Notes under the pieces: generated by a model
Told to the model about the DNA's origin: nothing
Seen by the model: the letters and a program-made list of their open reading frames with translations, nothing else
Database searches by the model: none
Program-made: the position numbers and the translations under genes
Shown here: piece after piece, positions 40,030 to 50,181 of the stretch
Position numbering within the stretch: position 1 is the stretch's first letter
Layout of the letters: every line of letters starts with the position of its first letter
Origin: an uncultured Candidatus Bathyarchaeia archaeon
Lineage (GTDB): Archaea; Thermoproteota; Bathyarchaeia; 40CM-2-53-6
Assembly (NCBI GenBank): GCA_964598845.1
Contig: CAZRDM010000002.1
Span: 35,428-99,427 of the forward strand
Direction: 5' to 3'
Length of the DNA stretch: 64,000 nt

Positions 40030-40988
40030 GAGATCTCACTGGCCGTTGCCACTGCAATATTGTCCTTCCGACTAATGGCGCGCCTTGCAGCTTCTGCAAT
40101 ATGAGAGGCCGTTAGGCCGTGGAGCTCCATCAGTTGATGTAAATCCCCGGATTCACCGAACCTGTCTCTGATTCCAATCATCTCAACTGGGATCGGTGTG
40201 TTCGAGCAGAGGATTTCAGTAACGGCCCCTCCTAAGCCGCCGAGCACATTATGGTCCTCGACAGTTACTAGTGCGCCCGTCTTCCGCGCAACCTCTACGA
40301 TACTCTCGACATCTAGGGGCTTGATTGTATGCATGTCGACTACGGAGGCGCTGATCCCTTCTTTACGAAGCAACTTTCCAGCCTCAATGGCCTCTGCAAG
40401 GAGGAAACCAGAGGCGACTATTCCGACGTCTGGTCCGTCGGTAATGCGTCTAGCCTTGCCGACCTCGAATCCATCCTCATCATTGAAGATCTCCGGGATC
40501 TCACCCCTCCCGAGCCTGATGTAGAAAGGGCCGTTCATCTTCACAGCCGCTCGTACGGCTTGTCTCATCTCTGTAACGTCAGCGGGAAGTACCAGGGTCA
40601 TCCCTGGGATGACTCTCATCAATGCAATGTCCTCGAAGGATTGGTGCGATGAACCGTCAGCAGCTGGTGTAATGCCCGAGTGTGTCGCAATCATTTTAAC
40701 GTTTAGAGCGTCCCGAGCGACGCTGTTTCTGATCTGCTCCCAAGCCCGTCCAGCAAGAAAGGTTGCGTAAGTGCTGACGACAGGTATCCTCTCAGCTGAC
40801 GCAAGTCCAGCCGCCGTCCCGATCATATCCTGCTCGCTGATTCCGAGATTGAAGTAACGTTCCGGGAAAACCTCGAAAGCACTCACTCCGGTGGATTTTC
40901 CAAGGTCGCCCGTAATCACAACGAGGTTCTTGTATTCTTTGCCAAGTTCTACGAGAACCCTGCCGAGCTCTTCCTTCAACGAAGGCAT
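40026..40988 (-). CDS. Transketolase C-terminal subunit
   Basis: GISEQDM, DGSSHQ, YIRLGR, TIKPLD and DRFGESG motifs. Confidence 0.93.
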   Translation of the reverse strand: MPSLKEELGRVLVELGKEYKNLVVITGDLGKSTGVSAFEVFPERYFNLGISEQDMIGTAAGLASAERIPVVSTYATFLAGRAWEQIRNSVARDALNVKMIATHSGITPAADGSSHQSFEDIALMRVIPGMTLVLPADVTEMRQAVRAAVKMNGPFYIRLGRGEIPEIFNDEDGFEVGKARRITDGPDVGIVASGFLLAEAIEAGKLLRKEGISASVVDMHTIKPLDVESIVEVARKTGALVTVEDHNVLGGLGGAVTEILCSNTPIPVEMIGIRDRFGESGDLHQLMELHGLTASHIAEAARRAISRKDNIAVATASEIS

Positions 40989-41029
40989 GCCGACGCCCTA
41001 CCCGTGTCTCCATTCGCTCGATTCTTGAA

Positions 41030-41893
41030 TCAGGAATAGCGAAGTTCTTCCATAGCCCAGTCAAGGTCCTTTTCGTTGAAGGGGGCATTATGTGCGTTAG
41101 CGTCGCCTTCTAGGAACGATAAGCCTCTGCCTTTCATGGTTCGGGCAACTATTACAGTGGGACGATCCGTGGTCCATTCGGCAACATCAAACGAGTGATG
41201 AATCTGCATCAGATTGTGGCCGTCGATCTCAAGAACCTGCCATCCGAAGGACCGCCATTTCCTGTCTAAGGGCTCTTTTTTCTTGATTCTCTCCGTGGCG
41301 TCATCTGACTGGACACCGTTTCGATCAATGATTGCCGTAACGCTTGATAGGCCCAGATGACCTGCCGTCATGGCTGCCTCCCATATCTGACCCTCGTCGC
41401 ACTCCCCGTCTCCTAATAGAGCAAAGACTCGGTAGCTTCTTCCGTCCATTCTTCCGGCCAGAGCTATCCCATTCGCAATCGACAGTCCCTGACCCAACGA
41501 CCCGGTGGAAACATCGACTCCCGGAGTCTCCCGAGTAGGGTGGCCTTGGAGGATACTGCCTGTCTTTCGAAGAGAGGAAAGAATGCTGCAGTCGAAGTAT
41601 CCGGCGCGGGCCAATGTTGCGTAGAGAGCTGGCGCTGCGTGACCTTTGCAGAGAACCAGCCTATCCCGCTCAGGCCAAGTTGGATTCTCGGGTCGGTGAT
41701 TCATTCGATCGAAATAGAGTGATACAAGGATCTCCACGCATGATAACGAAGGACTCAGATGCCCACTGCCCGCACTTGCTATCATTGCGACTATGTCGCG
41801 TCTAATTCGTTGAGCCATCTCTCTTAGAGATTCCAGTTTGTCCCTCGTGAACTCGAGGCTTTCAGACAATCTATTTTCTGTTGTATATCTCAT
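41030..41893 (-). CDS. Transketolase N-terminal (TPP-binding) subunit
   Basis: SGH, KGHAAP, LQGHP, TGSLGQG and GDGECDEG motifs. Confidence 0.94.
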   Translation of the reverse strand: MRYTTENRLSESLEFTRDKLESLREMAQRIRRDIVAMIASAGSGHLSPSLSCVEILVSLYFDRMNHRPENPTWPERDRLVLCKGHAAPALYATLARAGYFDCSILSSLRKTGSILQGHPTRETPGVDVSTGSLGQGLSIANGIALAGRMDGRSYRVFALLGDGECDEGQIWEAAMTAGHLGLSSVTAIIDRNGVQSDDATERIKKKEPLDRKWRSFGWQVLEIDGHNLMQIHHSFDVAEWTTDRPTVIVARTMKGRGLSFLEGDANAHNAPFNEKDLDWAMEELRYS

Positions 41894-41907
41894 AAGAATC
41901 GCCTTCG

Positions 41908-42014
41908 CAGCCCGCCAGAGTGTAGTGGCGAGCTAGCGTCTGTAGTAGAAGGAATAGCTCGAGAAGGGCGAAAATCGCGCACAGACAGTGTATACTTCCA
42001 TGAGCTAAGCCTTC
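41908..42014 (-). promoter_or_regulatory. Attenuator-like RNA leader of the aro operon
   Basis: Hairpin TAGCTCGCCA/TGGCGGGCTG (41935-41926 with 41917-41908); alternative CGAGCTA/TAGCTCG pairing; 5' GAAGG..TAGCTC pairs with GAGCTA..CCTTC; TTTTAAG box at 42057-42051. Confidence 0.65.
41933..42001 (-). CDS. Aromatic-rich leader peptide of the tkt-aroF-aroB operon (22 aa)
   Basis: ATG...TAG encodes MEVYTVCARFSPFSSYSFYYRR; 7 of 22 residues are Phe/Tyr; ends 39 nt before the first gene. Confidence 0.8.
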   Translation of the reverse strand: MEVYTVCARFSPFSSYSFYYRR

Positions 42015-42150
42015 ATTCCGGCGTGACCCATCTAGAGTTATGCTCGTCTACTTAAAACCAAGTATCGGATTTCGATATGTGGCAAGCGCCTACTCATGAC
42101 GTTGTTCTGAGAGGGTTTAGACTTTATGAGCAACAGTAAGGAAGGTCGGA

Positions 42151-42723
42151 GTGAGTGGCTCGACATTGACGTGGATCAAGACGATTCTTGAGGATAAGGC
42201 GACAGGGGATCTGAAGCGAGCCTATGAGGAAGTGTTGCGAACGCGGGGAAAGATCTCCAACATCATGCGCGCGCAGAGTCTCAACCCCAATGTGTTGAGG
42301 TCTCATCTTGAACTCTATGTGACCCTATTCTTTGGCAAGTCCGGTCTTAGCCGCGCAGAACGTGAGATGATTGCAGTGACCTTGTCCGCCGGCAATCGTT
42401 GCAACTATTGCGTTGCGCACCACGGAGAAGCCCTCAGCTTCTACCTGAAGGATCGCGATCAACTGGAGGTTTTCAAGCAGGGCCAGCAACCCATGGACCT
42501 CCCGCAGAGAACCAAGAGCCTCATTGACTACGCCCTAAGACTTACCTTGGATCCCGGCGGGGTTGTGATGGAGGACTTGGAAGCTTTACGAAGGATGGGA
42601 ATCAGCGATTCTGAGATACTGGACCTAGTCCTACTTACAGCTTACATGAACTTCGTGACTCGGGTAGCACAAGGACTGGGCGTGCAATATGATGAGCAAG
42701 AGGCTCGAGGGTACAAGCCGTAG
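42151..42723 (+). CDS. Peroxidase-related AhpD/CMD-family protein
   Basis: LSRAEREMIAV...NRCNYCVAHHG and MNFVTRVAQGLGV motifs. Confidence 0.9.
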   Translation: MSGSTLTWIKTILEDKATGDLKRAYEEVLRTRGKISNIMRAQSLNPNVLRSHLELYVTLFFGKSGLSRAEREMIAVTLSAGNRCNYCVAHHGEALSFYLKDRDQLEVFKQGQQPMDLPQRTKSLIDYALRLTLDPGGVVMEDLEALRRMGISDSEILDLVLLTAYMNFVTRVAQGLGVQYDEQEARGYKP

Positions 42724-42933
42724 GGCACAATCGGATTAGTTCCTACGGACATCGGTCTAGTCGCGCTTCCTGCGGAATGCAAGCGATAGACGTCCGAGGG
42801 ATGCGGACAGTCTAGTGAGTAGAGTTGTAATTGTTTCTTGACGTGTCCGGGCTATGGGACGTGACGCGTAGGTGAGGGTGGAAGAACTAAAATGACTCTG
42901 CCCCTCATTGTATTAGGAACTACGATTGTAGGG

Positions 42934-43176
42934 ATGTCACAGATGGTTGTGAAGGCGTGTGTCCTGATTAGGGTACGACCAGGTCAGCATTATAGAGTGG
43001 CTGAGAGGATAGCTTCCTTTCAAGGCATTAGAGCCGCCTTTGCGGTCATGGGCGCGGCCGATGTTGTTGCAAGAGTCGAGGTGAACGATATGAAGTCGCT
43101 CACAGTGCTTGGAACCCAGATAGGGGACCTTGAAGATGTCGTTACTACTGAAACACTGATCGCCGCGGAGGCATGA
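42934..43176 (+). CDS. Stand-alone Lrp/AsnC ligand-binding (RAM) domain
   Basis: ACVLIRV.PG, VMGAADVVARVE and TTETLI motifs; no HTH. Confidence 0.8.
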   Translation: MSQMVVKACVLIRVRPGQHYRVAERIASFQGIRAAFAVMGAADVVARVEVNDMKSLTVLGTQIGDLEDVVTTETLIAAEA

Positions 43177-43179
43177 CCC

Positions 43180-43458
43180 ATGAATAGAGCCGTGATGTTG
43201 ATCAAGAGCGGAGGCAGAGTACCGAAGGCTGTCAATCTCGCTCGGGAGCTGAAGCGCGTTCCAGCTGTGACGGAAGCCTATGCAGTCTTCGGCAGATTCG
43301 ATGTCGTAGCCTTCCTTGAAAGCATGGACGTTCGGGAACTTTTCAGATCTGTTTCTGAGGTCACGAAGCTCGAGGGAATAATGAGTTCAGACACTCTCGT
43401 CGAGGCCCAAGAGAGTCAACATACGCGCGACTACGGAAGGGGCCCCTTCTCAAGCTGA
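43180..43458 (+). CDS. Stand-alone Lrp/AsnC ligand-binding (RAM) domain
   Basis: AYAVFGRFDVVAFLE and GIMSSDTLV motifs; no HTH. Confidence 0.8.
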   Translation: MNRAVMLIKSGGRVPKAVNLARELKRVPAVTEAYAVFGRFDVVAFLESMDVRELFRSVSEVTKLEGIMSSDTLVEAQESQHTRDYGRGPFSS

Positions 43459-43546
43459 TCTTGACCCACAGGCCTCATTTGAGCAGAACCGCGGCCAAAT
43501 CCTCATCTGCGCCAACAGATTCAGATTCTTGATGTTGCCTCTTCCC

Positions 43547-44503
43547 CTAAGACCGTGTGCCCTTCAACTGGACCCGACCCGTGTCATACACAGGGGTCAA
43601 ATATCCTAGGTACTTTGGGTTCCTACCGCTCACCAACCTTTCATACTCTCGTTGCAGTTGTAATGTCCTCGGACCAGGTTCACCAGCTCCGACTAGCTTG
43701 CGATCAATACTGAGAATTGGAGTGACCTCCGCGGCGGTGCCGGTTAGGAATGCTTCCTCGCATGTGTAGAGTTCGCTTCTGGCGAGCGTTCGTTCAGTGA
43801 AAGGGATTTCAAGGTCGTTGATTATGCTCATGATAGTTTCGCGTGTGATGCCTCTCAAGATATTCGATGAAATACCCGGCGTCGCTATGCAATCATCCTT
43901 CACTAAGAAGATGTTCTCTCCAGTGCCCTCAGCGACGTTTCCATTGTTGTCGAGGAAGAGGGCCTCATCGAAGCCGGCTTCAGCTGCTTCTGTCCTAGCG
44001 AGGACGGAATTGATGTAGTGACCGCATGCTTTCGCCATAGCCGGGACTGATGGATCACCAAGCCGCCGCCAAGTTGAAACGCATACGTCAAGCCCTTGCT
44101 TGTCTGGGTCGAAGTACTTCTCATAGGGTATGGCGATTATGCTTACGGAGATAGGCGTGGCTCTTGCATCGAGACTTATTCCGCCGACGCCTTTGAAAGC
44201 AATTGGCCTGACATACAAGGAGGAGCGAAAGTTGTTCCTCCTAATCAAATCTAACACGCCTTTGCAGATCTCTCCCTCACAGTAAGGAAGGGCAAAGCCG
44301 TAGATCCTTGCAGAATCGACCATGCGTCGAATGTGATCGTTGAGCCTAAACACGAGAATGTCGTCTTCGGCTTTGTATGCTCTTATCCCCTCGAAGACGC
44401 CAGTACCGTAATGCAGGGCGTGTGTGAAAACGTGCACCGTTGCCTTGTCCCACGGTACTATTTCTCCATTCAACCAGACAAATTCAGCGGGAGCTTGAGA
44501 CAT
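43547..44503 (-). CDS. ilvE: Branched-chain amino acid aminotransferase
   Basis: HALHYGTGVFEGIRAY, EGTGENIF, LRGITR and GTAAEVTP motifs. Start at ATG 44503. Confidence 0.95.
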   Translation of the reverse strand: MSQAPAEFVWLNGEIVPWDKATVHVFTHALHYGTGVFEGIRAYKAEDDILVFRLNDHIRRMVDSARIYGFALPYCEGEICKGVLDLIRRNNFRSSLYVRPIAFKGVGGISLDARATPISVSIIAIPYEKYFDPDKQGLDVCVSTWRRLGDPSVPAMAKACGHYINSVLARTEAAEAGFDEALFLDNNGNVAEGTGENIFLVKDDCIATPGISSNILRGITRETIMSIINDLEIPFTERTLARSELYTCEEAFLTGTAAEVTPILSIDRKLVGAGEPGPRTLQLQREYERLVSGRNPKYLGYLTPVYDTGRVQLKGTRS

Positions 44504-44812
44504 TCGAATCTTCAACCTCAAGGCGGGATTCGCTCGATCCTTCGATCCTGAGAATCGAGCTATTGAAGGATGATGAGCGGACACAGTCTCTGAACTATGA
44601 GAGCTTGAAACCGAAACGAACCCTCGTTACAGATTCTAAGAATAGACGTTCGCAAATCCGCTCTTTGGATTCGGCGGTTACTATGCGTGTCCGATATAAG
44701 GTTAACCGCCCTGGAGGTTGAATCCGAACACGCAGCCAAGAAATATCAGAAATTGAGTCCACACGACGCAAGTACTTTCTATCTCGTGTACAATGGTTGG
44801 AGTAGATTTGAG

Positions 44813-46225
44813 ATGCCACCTCGGACACTCCTCGAAAAAATCTGGAAGAGTCATATCGTAGATCAGGAACCAGATCGACCCAGTTTGCTCTGGATCGACA
44901 GACATCTTATCCACGAAGTAACCTCACCTCAGGCCTTCGAGAGCCTTCGCATCGCCGGCAGAAAAGTCAGGCGGCCAGACTTAACATTCGCGACCGTAGA
45001 TCATAATGTTCCAACCACCGACCGATCATTTCCAATTCGGGATCCCATTTCCGCCATGCAGGTAGAAGTGCTAGAAAGGAATTGTAGGGAATTCGGGATT
45101 GCGTTCTTTGGTATGAAAAGCCCGCATCAGGGAATAGTCCATGTGATCGGCCCGGAGCTTGGACTCACATTGCCCGGGACCACCTTAGCCTGCGGCGACA
45201 GTCACACATCGACTCATGGAGCCTTCGGTGCCCTCGGTTTGGGAATTGGAACAAGTGAGGTAGAACACGTGCTCGCCACGCAATGTCTCTGGCTGGAAAA
45301 GCCAAGGACATTTGAGATTCGCGTCGATGGGAAGCTCGATCGTGGGGTAACCGCTAAGGACATCATCCTTTACATAATCGGTCGGATTGGCACGGCCGGA
45401 GGCACAGGCTCCGTGATCGAGTACAGAGGTGAGACCATCAAGGAACTGTCGATGGAAGAAAGAATGACGATTTGTAACATGTCCATAGAGGGAGGCGCCC
45501 GCGGTGGACTCATCTCACCGGACGAGACAACGTTTCGTTACCTTCGCGGACGACGGTACGCACCAAAGAACGAAGCCTTCGAGGAGGCCAAGGATCACTG
45601 GCTTCAGCTTCCCACCGACAGAGGAGCTACATTCGACAGGAGCATTGCATTTGATGCATCGCGGATCGCACCGCAGGTTACTTGGGGAACAACCCCTGCC
45701 ATGGTAAGCGATGTCACGGGACAGGTGCCGTACCCTGACCATTTTGATGAGCCGAATATGAGGAAGGCGGTCGTCCGTGCCTTGGAGTATATGGCACTGG
45801 AACCTGGGACACCCATACAGTCAATCAACCTCGACAGGATTTTCATTGGGTCCTGCACAAACTCCCGTCTGGAAGATTTGCTCGTTGCCTCGAAGGTGAT
45901 CAAGGGGAAGAAGCTTGCACCGGGGGTGCGCGCGATGGTTGTTCCAGGTTCCCAGCTTGTAAGGTATCAGGCTGAGAAGCAGGGGTTAGACCGGATTTTC
46001 AAAGAGGCGGGGTTCGAGTGGAGGCAATCAGGGTGTAGCATGTGCTTGGGAATGAATCCTGACGTTCTCGCGCCCGGAGAACGATGCGCCAGCACTTCAA
46101 ACCGCAATTTTGAGGGCAGACAGGGGCCTGGAGGGCGAACACATCTTGTCAGTCCAATCATGGCAGCCGCGGCGGCCATTGCAGGACACTTCGTCGACAT
46201 ACGAGATTGGGACATATCGAGCTGA
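44813..46225 (+). CDS. leuC: 3-isopropylmalate dehydratase large subunit
   Basis: [25 protein letters not shown] and [12 protein letters not shown] motifs. Start at ATG 44813. Confidence 0.96.
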   Translation: MPPRTLLEKIWKSHIVDQEPDRPSLLWIDRHLIHEVTSPQAFESLRIAGRKVRRPDLTFATVDHNVPTTDRSFPIRDPISAMQVEVLERNCREFGIAFFGMKSPHQGIVHVIGPELGLTLPGTTLACGDSHTSTHGAFGALGLGIGTSEVEHVLATQCLWLEKPRTFEIRVDGKLDRGVTAKDIILYIIGRIGTAGGTGSVIEYRGETIKELSMEERMTICNMSIEGGARGGLISPDETTFRYLRGRRYAPKNEAFEEAKDHWLQLPTDRGATFDRSIAFDASRIAPQVTWGTTPAMVSDVTGQVPYPDHFDEPNMRKAVVRALEYMALEPGTPIQSINLDRIFIGSCTNSRLEDLLVASKVIKGKKLAPGVRAMVVPGSQLVRYQAEKQGLDRIFKEAGFEWRQSGCSMCLGMNPDVLAPGERCASTSNRNFEGRQGPGGRTHLVSPIMAAAAAIAGHFVDIRDWDISS

Positions 46226-46231
46226 TGAGCA

Positions 46232-46840
46232 TTGGAACGCTTTAGGAACTTTACGGGTATCGTAGCTCCTCTGGACCGAATCAATGTTGACACTGACCAG
46301 ATAATTCCGAAACAGTTTCTCAAGCTTATGCAGAGAACCGGATTCGGCAAGTACTTGTTCTACGAGTGGCGGTTCGAACGGGACGGCAGAGTGAAGGCAG
46401 ATTTTGTTCTGAATAATCCTCGATTTGGAGGAGCAAAGATACTGCTGACCCGCGCCAATTTCGGTTGCGGGAGCTCTCGAGAACACGCAGTTTGGGCTCT
46501 CTCTGAGTACGGTTTCAGAACGTTGATCGCTCCATCGTACGCAGATATCTTCTACAATAATTGCTTCAAGAACGGCATTCTCCCAATCATTCTTGCCCAA
46601 GCCGATGTGGATCACTTATTCAGCGAAGTCTCGAAGCAAGAAGGCTATTCTCTAGAGATAGACCTCCCAGAGCAGACCATTCGAAAGCCAAACGGAGAAA
46701 CCATACACTTCGATATCGACTCATTCAGGAAAAAATCCCTGCTGGAGGGCCTTGATGAGATAGCGTTAACATTGCAGCTTGACGCAAAGATCAGAGATTA
46801 TGAGATGACATTGAGCGGCTTCCAACTAGCGCGAGATTAG
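46232..46840 (+). CDS. leuD: 3-isopropylmalate dehydratase small subunit
   Basis: [24 protein letters not shown] and GLDEIALTL motifs. Confidence 0.96.
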   Translation: MERFRNFTGIVAPLDRINVDTDQIIPKQFLKLMQRTGFGKYLFYEWRFERDGRVKADFVLNNPRFGGAKILLTRANFGCGSSREHAVWALSEYGFRTLIAPSYADIFYNNCFKNGILPIILAQADVDHLFSEVSKQEGYSLEIDLPEQTIRKPNGETIHFDIDSFRKKSLLEGLDEIALTLQLDAKIRDYEMTLSGFQLARD

Positions 46841-46875
46841 CCGCTCACAGCACAATGGCTTTTCGATGTCCCGAC

Positions 46876-48555
46876 CTAGTTGCAGATCGCCCCCTCGGCG
46901 GCAGAATGAACGAGTTTTGAATACTTGAATAGCGCGCCTTTCTGGTACTTCAGTTCTGGTTGTTTCCAGTTCTTCATTCTTGATGTAAGCTCTTCATCTG
47001 TGACCTCTACTTTCAGCAGTCGACGTTTCACATCAATGGCAACCTTGTCCTGTTCCTGTAGCACCGCCAGTGGTCCTCCAACCTGTGCTTCAGGGGAAAC
47101 GTGCCCAACCATCAGGCCTCGTGTAGCGCCAGAGAACCTGCCGTCGGTAACCAAGGCGACGTTCTCACCGATGCCTTGGCCTACTATTGCGGCGGTGATG
47201 GCTAGCATTTCTCGCATTCCAGGACCCCCTCTTGGTCCTTCATAACGTATGATGACAACATCGCCACCTTGGATCTCACGTCTCTGAACCGCTGCGAAGG
47301 TCATTTCTTCGGAGTCGAAGACCCTAGCTGGTCCTCGATGTTGAAGTCTGGTCGCGCCAGAGATCTTGATGACGGCTCCTTCCGGAGCAAGGTTCCCTCT
47401 AAGAACCACCAATCCTCCTTGTGGGTGGATCGGGTTAGAGACTTCCCTCACTATGTTCTGCGCGTTGCCCTCAAAGCGAATCTCTTTGATGTTCTGATCA
47501 AGCCTCTTGCCCGTCACCGTCAAAGCTTCTCCGTTTAGCAGTCCTGTGTCAAGCAGCTTTTTCATGATGAGCGGAGCTCCACCAACGAGGTCGAGGTCTC
47601 GCATGACGTATCGGCCTCCCGGTCTCAGGTCCGCGATTACTGGAGTCTTTCGCCCTATTCGTTCGAAATCGTCAAGGGTAAGCTTGATTCCCGCTTCATG
47701 TGCGATCGCTGGCAGATGCAGGAAGGCATTCGTTGACCCGCCGATGGCTTGGACGACTGCTATGGCATTCTCGAAAGCTTCGAATGTTAGGATGTCTCTC
47801 GGTCGAATCCCGTTCTCAAGAAGCCCCATCACAGCTAAACCGCTCATGTACGATGCGCTATATCTACGCTCATCAGTTGCGGGGGGTGAGGCCGATCCCG
47901 GCAGCGATAGGCCTACCGCTTCCATGGCGCAGGCCATAGTATTCGCTGTGAAGAGGCCTCCACAGGCTCCCTCTCCTGGACACGCCGAACATTCGAGTTG
48001 GACAAGTTGCTCCATGGTCATTTTTCCTGCAACGTACGTTCCTACAGCCTCGAATACGTCTTGGATTGTGACGTCGCGTCCCTCGAAGTTTCCTGGCATT
48101 ATGGTGCCTCCGTAAAGAAATACAGATGGAATGTTCAGTCTTGCAGCGGCCATCGCCGAGCCAGGTAGGCTTTTGTCGCAACCCGCGACGGTCACGAGAG
48201 CATCGAATCGCTGAGCGATAGCCATAACCTCAATCGAGTCCGCGATGATTTCGCGGCTTACCAGAGAGGCCTTCATCCCTTCGGTTCCCATGGAGACTCC
48301 GTCGCTCACCGCGATCGTGCCGAACTCGAAAGGCGTTCCTTTCGCGGCCCTAACGCCTTCTTTGACCTTCTTCGTGAGTTTGCTAAGGTGAAAGTTACAA
48401 GGGGTGACCTCATTCCATGTGCTCGCAACGCCAACAAAGGGTTGCGTGAAATCTTGGTCTGTATAGCCGATTGCCCGTAGCATTGCACGATTGGGGGCTC
48501 GCTCAGGGCCTTCCGTTATGTCCTTGCTTCTAAGCCTGAAAAGCTTCGAGGTCAT
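46876..48555 (-). CDS. ilvD: Dihydroxy-acid dehydratase
   Basis: PCN, CDKS, GACGGLFTANTM, GPGMREML and TDGRFSG motifs. Confidence 0.97.
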   Translation of the reverse strand: MTSKLFRLRSKDITEGPERAPNRAMLRAIGYTDQDFTQPFVGVASTWNEVTPCNFHLSKLTKKVKEGVRAAKGTPFEFGTIAVSDGVSMGTEGMKASLVSREIIADSIEVMAIAQRFDALVTVAGCDKSLPGSAMAAARLNIPSVFLYGGTIMPGNFEGRDVTIQDVFEAVGTYVAGKMTMEQLVQLECSACPGEGACGGLFTANTMACAMEAVGLSLPGSASPPATDERRYSASYMSGLAVMGLLENGIRPRDILTFEAFENAIAVVQAIGGSTNAFLHLPAIAHEAGIKLTLDDFERIGRKTPVIADLRPGGRYVMRDLDLVGGAPLIMKKLLDTGLLNGEALTVTGKRLDQNIKEIRFEGNAQNIVREVSNPIHPQGGLVVLRGNLAPEGAVIKISGATRLQHRGPARVFDSEEMTFAAVQRREIQGGDVVIIRYEGPRGGPGMREMLAITAAIVGQGIGENVALVTDGRFSGATRGLMVGHVSPEAQVGGPLAVLQEQDKVAIDVKRRLLKVEVTDEELTSRMKNWKQPELKYQKGALFKYSKLVHSAAEGAICN

Positions 48556-48654
48556 TGAAGTCTTCCTCGGAGGACAACGAAGCGCTCCAATCGTTGCATA
48601 CAGCGCTGGCTTTCAAAGATAACTAGCAAATTGCTCTCGATCAAGCTTAGTCAG

Positions 48655-50175
48655 CTATGGTCTCTTGGAAGCGATTCGTATTCGTCTTCGAAGTAGAATC
48701 TTGTTGATCGCTTCAATCATTGCCTCAACGCTCGCAACCACTACGTCTTCTCTGGCTGCACTTGCTGATACAACAGTTCCGCTCGCGTCTTCAACTTTGA
48801 CCAATGCTTCCGCCAGAGCGTCGGACCCACCGGTGATAGCTTCGAGTCTGTACTCTTTCAACCTGACTTGTACGGATGAGTCGGTAATTTTCTGAACCGC
48901 CCTGATAGCTGCATCCACAGGGCCGACGCCCGTCTCAGCGGATGTGTATTCTTTCCCGTCAAGCTGTAGCCGTACTGAAGCCGTCGGCACTAGTCCTTTC
49001 CCAGTGACAACGGCAAGATCGACCAAGTCTAGGACCCGTTCCTTCTGCGAAGCTTTTCCCAAGACGGCCTCAGTTATCGCGATCAAGTCGGCGTCGGTTA
49101 CTGTCTTGCCCTTGTCTCCGATATCCTTGACCCTTGAAACGATTTCAACGAGTTGATTCTTGTCAGGGAAGTATCCAGCCTCCGCTAGCTGTGCTGCTAT
49201 TCCATGAGCACCTGCATGCTTCCCGGCTTGGAACCAGCGTTTGCGGCCAACGAGCGCAGGGTCGTAGGGCTCATAGGTCAACGGCATCTCCGTAATGCCA
49301 TGCGTGTGAATTCCAGACTCGTGGCCGAATGCGTTGTCGCCGACAACCGCCTTGTTCGGTTGGACACGGGCACCCGTGAGAGCGGCCACAAGTCGCGATG
49401 TCTCGTATAGGAGTTCTGTCTTGATGTTCGTCTTTCGATTGTATAGTCGGTGAAGTGACATCACGAGCTCTTCTAGAGAAGTGTTGCCGGCTCTTTCGCC
49501 GAGGCCATTCACAGTCACGTGTGCTTGGCATGCGCCGGACTCGATCGCCGCCAGGCTATTTGCGACAGCAAGGCCGAAGTCATTGTGACAGTGGATACTG
49601 ACCGGCCTCTTAACGGCCGAGACTACCTCTCTTGTGATTGCTGCGATATTCTTCGGAAACGAAATTCCTACCGTGTCTGGGATATTGACGCGATCGGCGC
49701 CTGCGCTTTTGGCAGTCTCGTAGGCCTCTCTGAGAAAACTCTTCTCAGTTCGGGTAGCATCTTCAGCAGAGAACTCAACCTTCACGCCATGCGATTTTGC
49801 ATAGGAGACTGAATCCGTTATTCGTTCGAGGACCTGCTGACGGCTCAGTTTCAGTTTGTGTTCAAGGTGTATGTCCGAGGTCGCGATGAAGACGTGCACA
49901 CAGTTCACATTTGAGCTTATGGCGGCATCAATGTCGATCTTATTCGCCCGAGCTAAGCCTACGACTTCGCATGATAGGCCTGCCTTTGCCACAGCTGAAA
50001 CGGCTTCCTGTTCTCCGTTTGAGGCTATCGGGAAACCTGCTTCTATCGCGTCAACGCCTAGCTTGTCAAGTTGTTGTGCGATTCGAACCTTCTCCTCCGG
50101 AGTCAGAGAGACCCCGGGAGTTTGTTCTCCGTCTCTTAACGTGGTGTCAAAGATCCGAACGGTCATTTCGTCCAT
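48655..50175 (-). CDS. leuA: 2-isopropylmalate synthase (citramalate synthase not excluded)
   Basis: DTTLRDGEQ, HCHNDFG, GERAGN and HESGIH motifs plus regulatory domain. Confidence 0.9.
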   Translation of the reverse strand: MDEMTVRIFDTTLRDGEQTPGVSLTPEEKVRIAQQLDKLGVDAIEAGFPIASNGEQEAVSAVAKAGLSCEVVGLARANKIDIDAAISSNVNCVHVFIATSDIHLEHKLKLSRQQVLERITDSVSYAKSHGVKVEFSAEDATRTEKSFLREAYETAKSAGADRVNIPDTVGISFPKNIAAITREVVSAVKRPVSIHCHNDFGLAVANSLAAIESGACQAHVTVNGLGERAGNTSLEELVMSLHRLYNRKTNIKTELLYETSRLVAALTGARVQPNKAVVGDNAFGHESGIHTHGITEMPLTYEPYDPALVGRKRWFQAGKHAGAHGIAAQLAEAGYFPDKNQLVEIVSRVKDIGDKGKTVTDADLIAITEAVLGKASQKERVLDLVDLAVVTGKGLVPTASVRLQLDGKEYTSAETGVGPVDAAIRAVQKITDSSVQVRLKEYRLEAITGGSDALAEALVKVEDASGTVVSASAAREDVVVASVEAMIEAINKILLRRRIRIASKRP

Positions 50176-50181
50176 TGACGA

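Noticed and set aside
44504..44812. Leader peptides for the divergent ilvE and leuCD genes
   Set aside because: The short ATG ORFs found (for example [12 protein letters not shown]) have no Leu/Ile/Val run and no TAGCTCG hairpin.
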